Positions 63,488 through 64,000 of a stretch of 64,000 nucleotides of DNA are shown in pieces. Made by a program: the position numbers and the translations under genes. Origin of the DNA: a virus; the IMG/VR virus record IMGVR_UViG_3300046170_000299; one strand, written 5' to 3'. Position 1 is the stretch's first letter; every line of letters begins with the position of its first letter. The notes under the pieces were generated by a model. It did no database searches, was not told the origin of the DNA, and worked only from the letters and a program-made list of their open reading frames with translations.

Positions 63488-63990
63488 AGATTGGACTTAT
63501 AGGAATTACTGGGGAAATATCACCCCATATGATGAAAAAGGATATTCAAGTATGGGGTTATACAAATGATTATGATAAGACTCAAGAATATTATGAGAAA
63601 GGAGATCTTACTGGATGTACTACTACACTAGAATATCTTTCACAAGTAATCCACCATGATGATAAAGTACATACTAGTGCTGGAAAAATTCCTGCTGTTT
63701 TTATGATTAATCTACCAGCAGAAAATGTTGATGAAACAATTAATAGTTTGGTAGAGTATTGTAAGCACGGTGATATCATTATCAACCATTGTAATTTTAA
63801 TTTTAAAAATTATACAAAAAGAAGCAAATCTCTATCTAAGTTAGGTATTCAATTAGTAGATTGTGATACATCTAATGACAGTATAGTTGTTAGCGGATCA
63901 AAGGTTGCTATGAGAGTATGCTCTTCTATTTTTAGATCTCTTTCACCTAATTCTGAATGGGATGAAGTAGCTATCTGGGGAACACTATAA
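63484..63990 (+). pseudogene. gnd: degenerate, truncated 6-phosphogluconate dehydrogenase (N-terminal domain only)
   Basis: Aligns by eye to cyanophage Gnd (MK.GLIG…VWGY…TSAGK.P..F…GDIII.H…LGIQ..DC.TS…VC..IFR.L.P) but lacks the GxGxMG and SGG motifs and the C-terminal domain. Confidence 0.7.
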
Positions 63991-64000
63991 TAGTGTTTGT

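Overview
This is a 64-kb segment of a T4-like marine cyanomyovirus genome, with essentially all genes on the + strand. Bases 1-11.6 kb form an early/accessory region of small ORFs. It includes pyrE, 2OG-Fe(II) oxygenase-like genes, an AbrB-like gene, a KTSC-like gene, a DUF3574/SAM-lyase-like gene and an orphan HicA-like gene missed by the ORF track. About 12 copies of a 22-bp palindrome plus sigma70-type promoter cassette drive this region. Bases 11.8-62.6 kb form the virion module: PAAR, g25, g6, g7, g8, a VrlC-like protein, two giant fibre proteins, a tail-tip cassette with U32/methyltransferase and 2OG oxygenase enzymes, then g13-g16. The window ends with petE and a degenerate gnd. Six +1 single-base insertions break g7, g8 and the VrlC-like gene and are most likely sequencing errors. 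All family assignments come from motif recognition by eye; no database searches were run.
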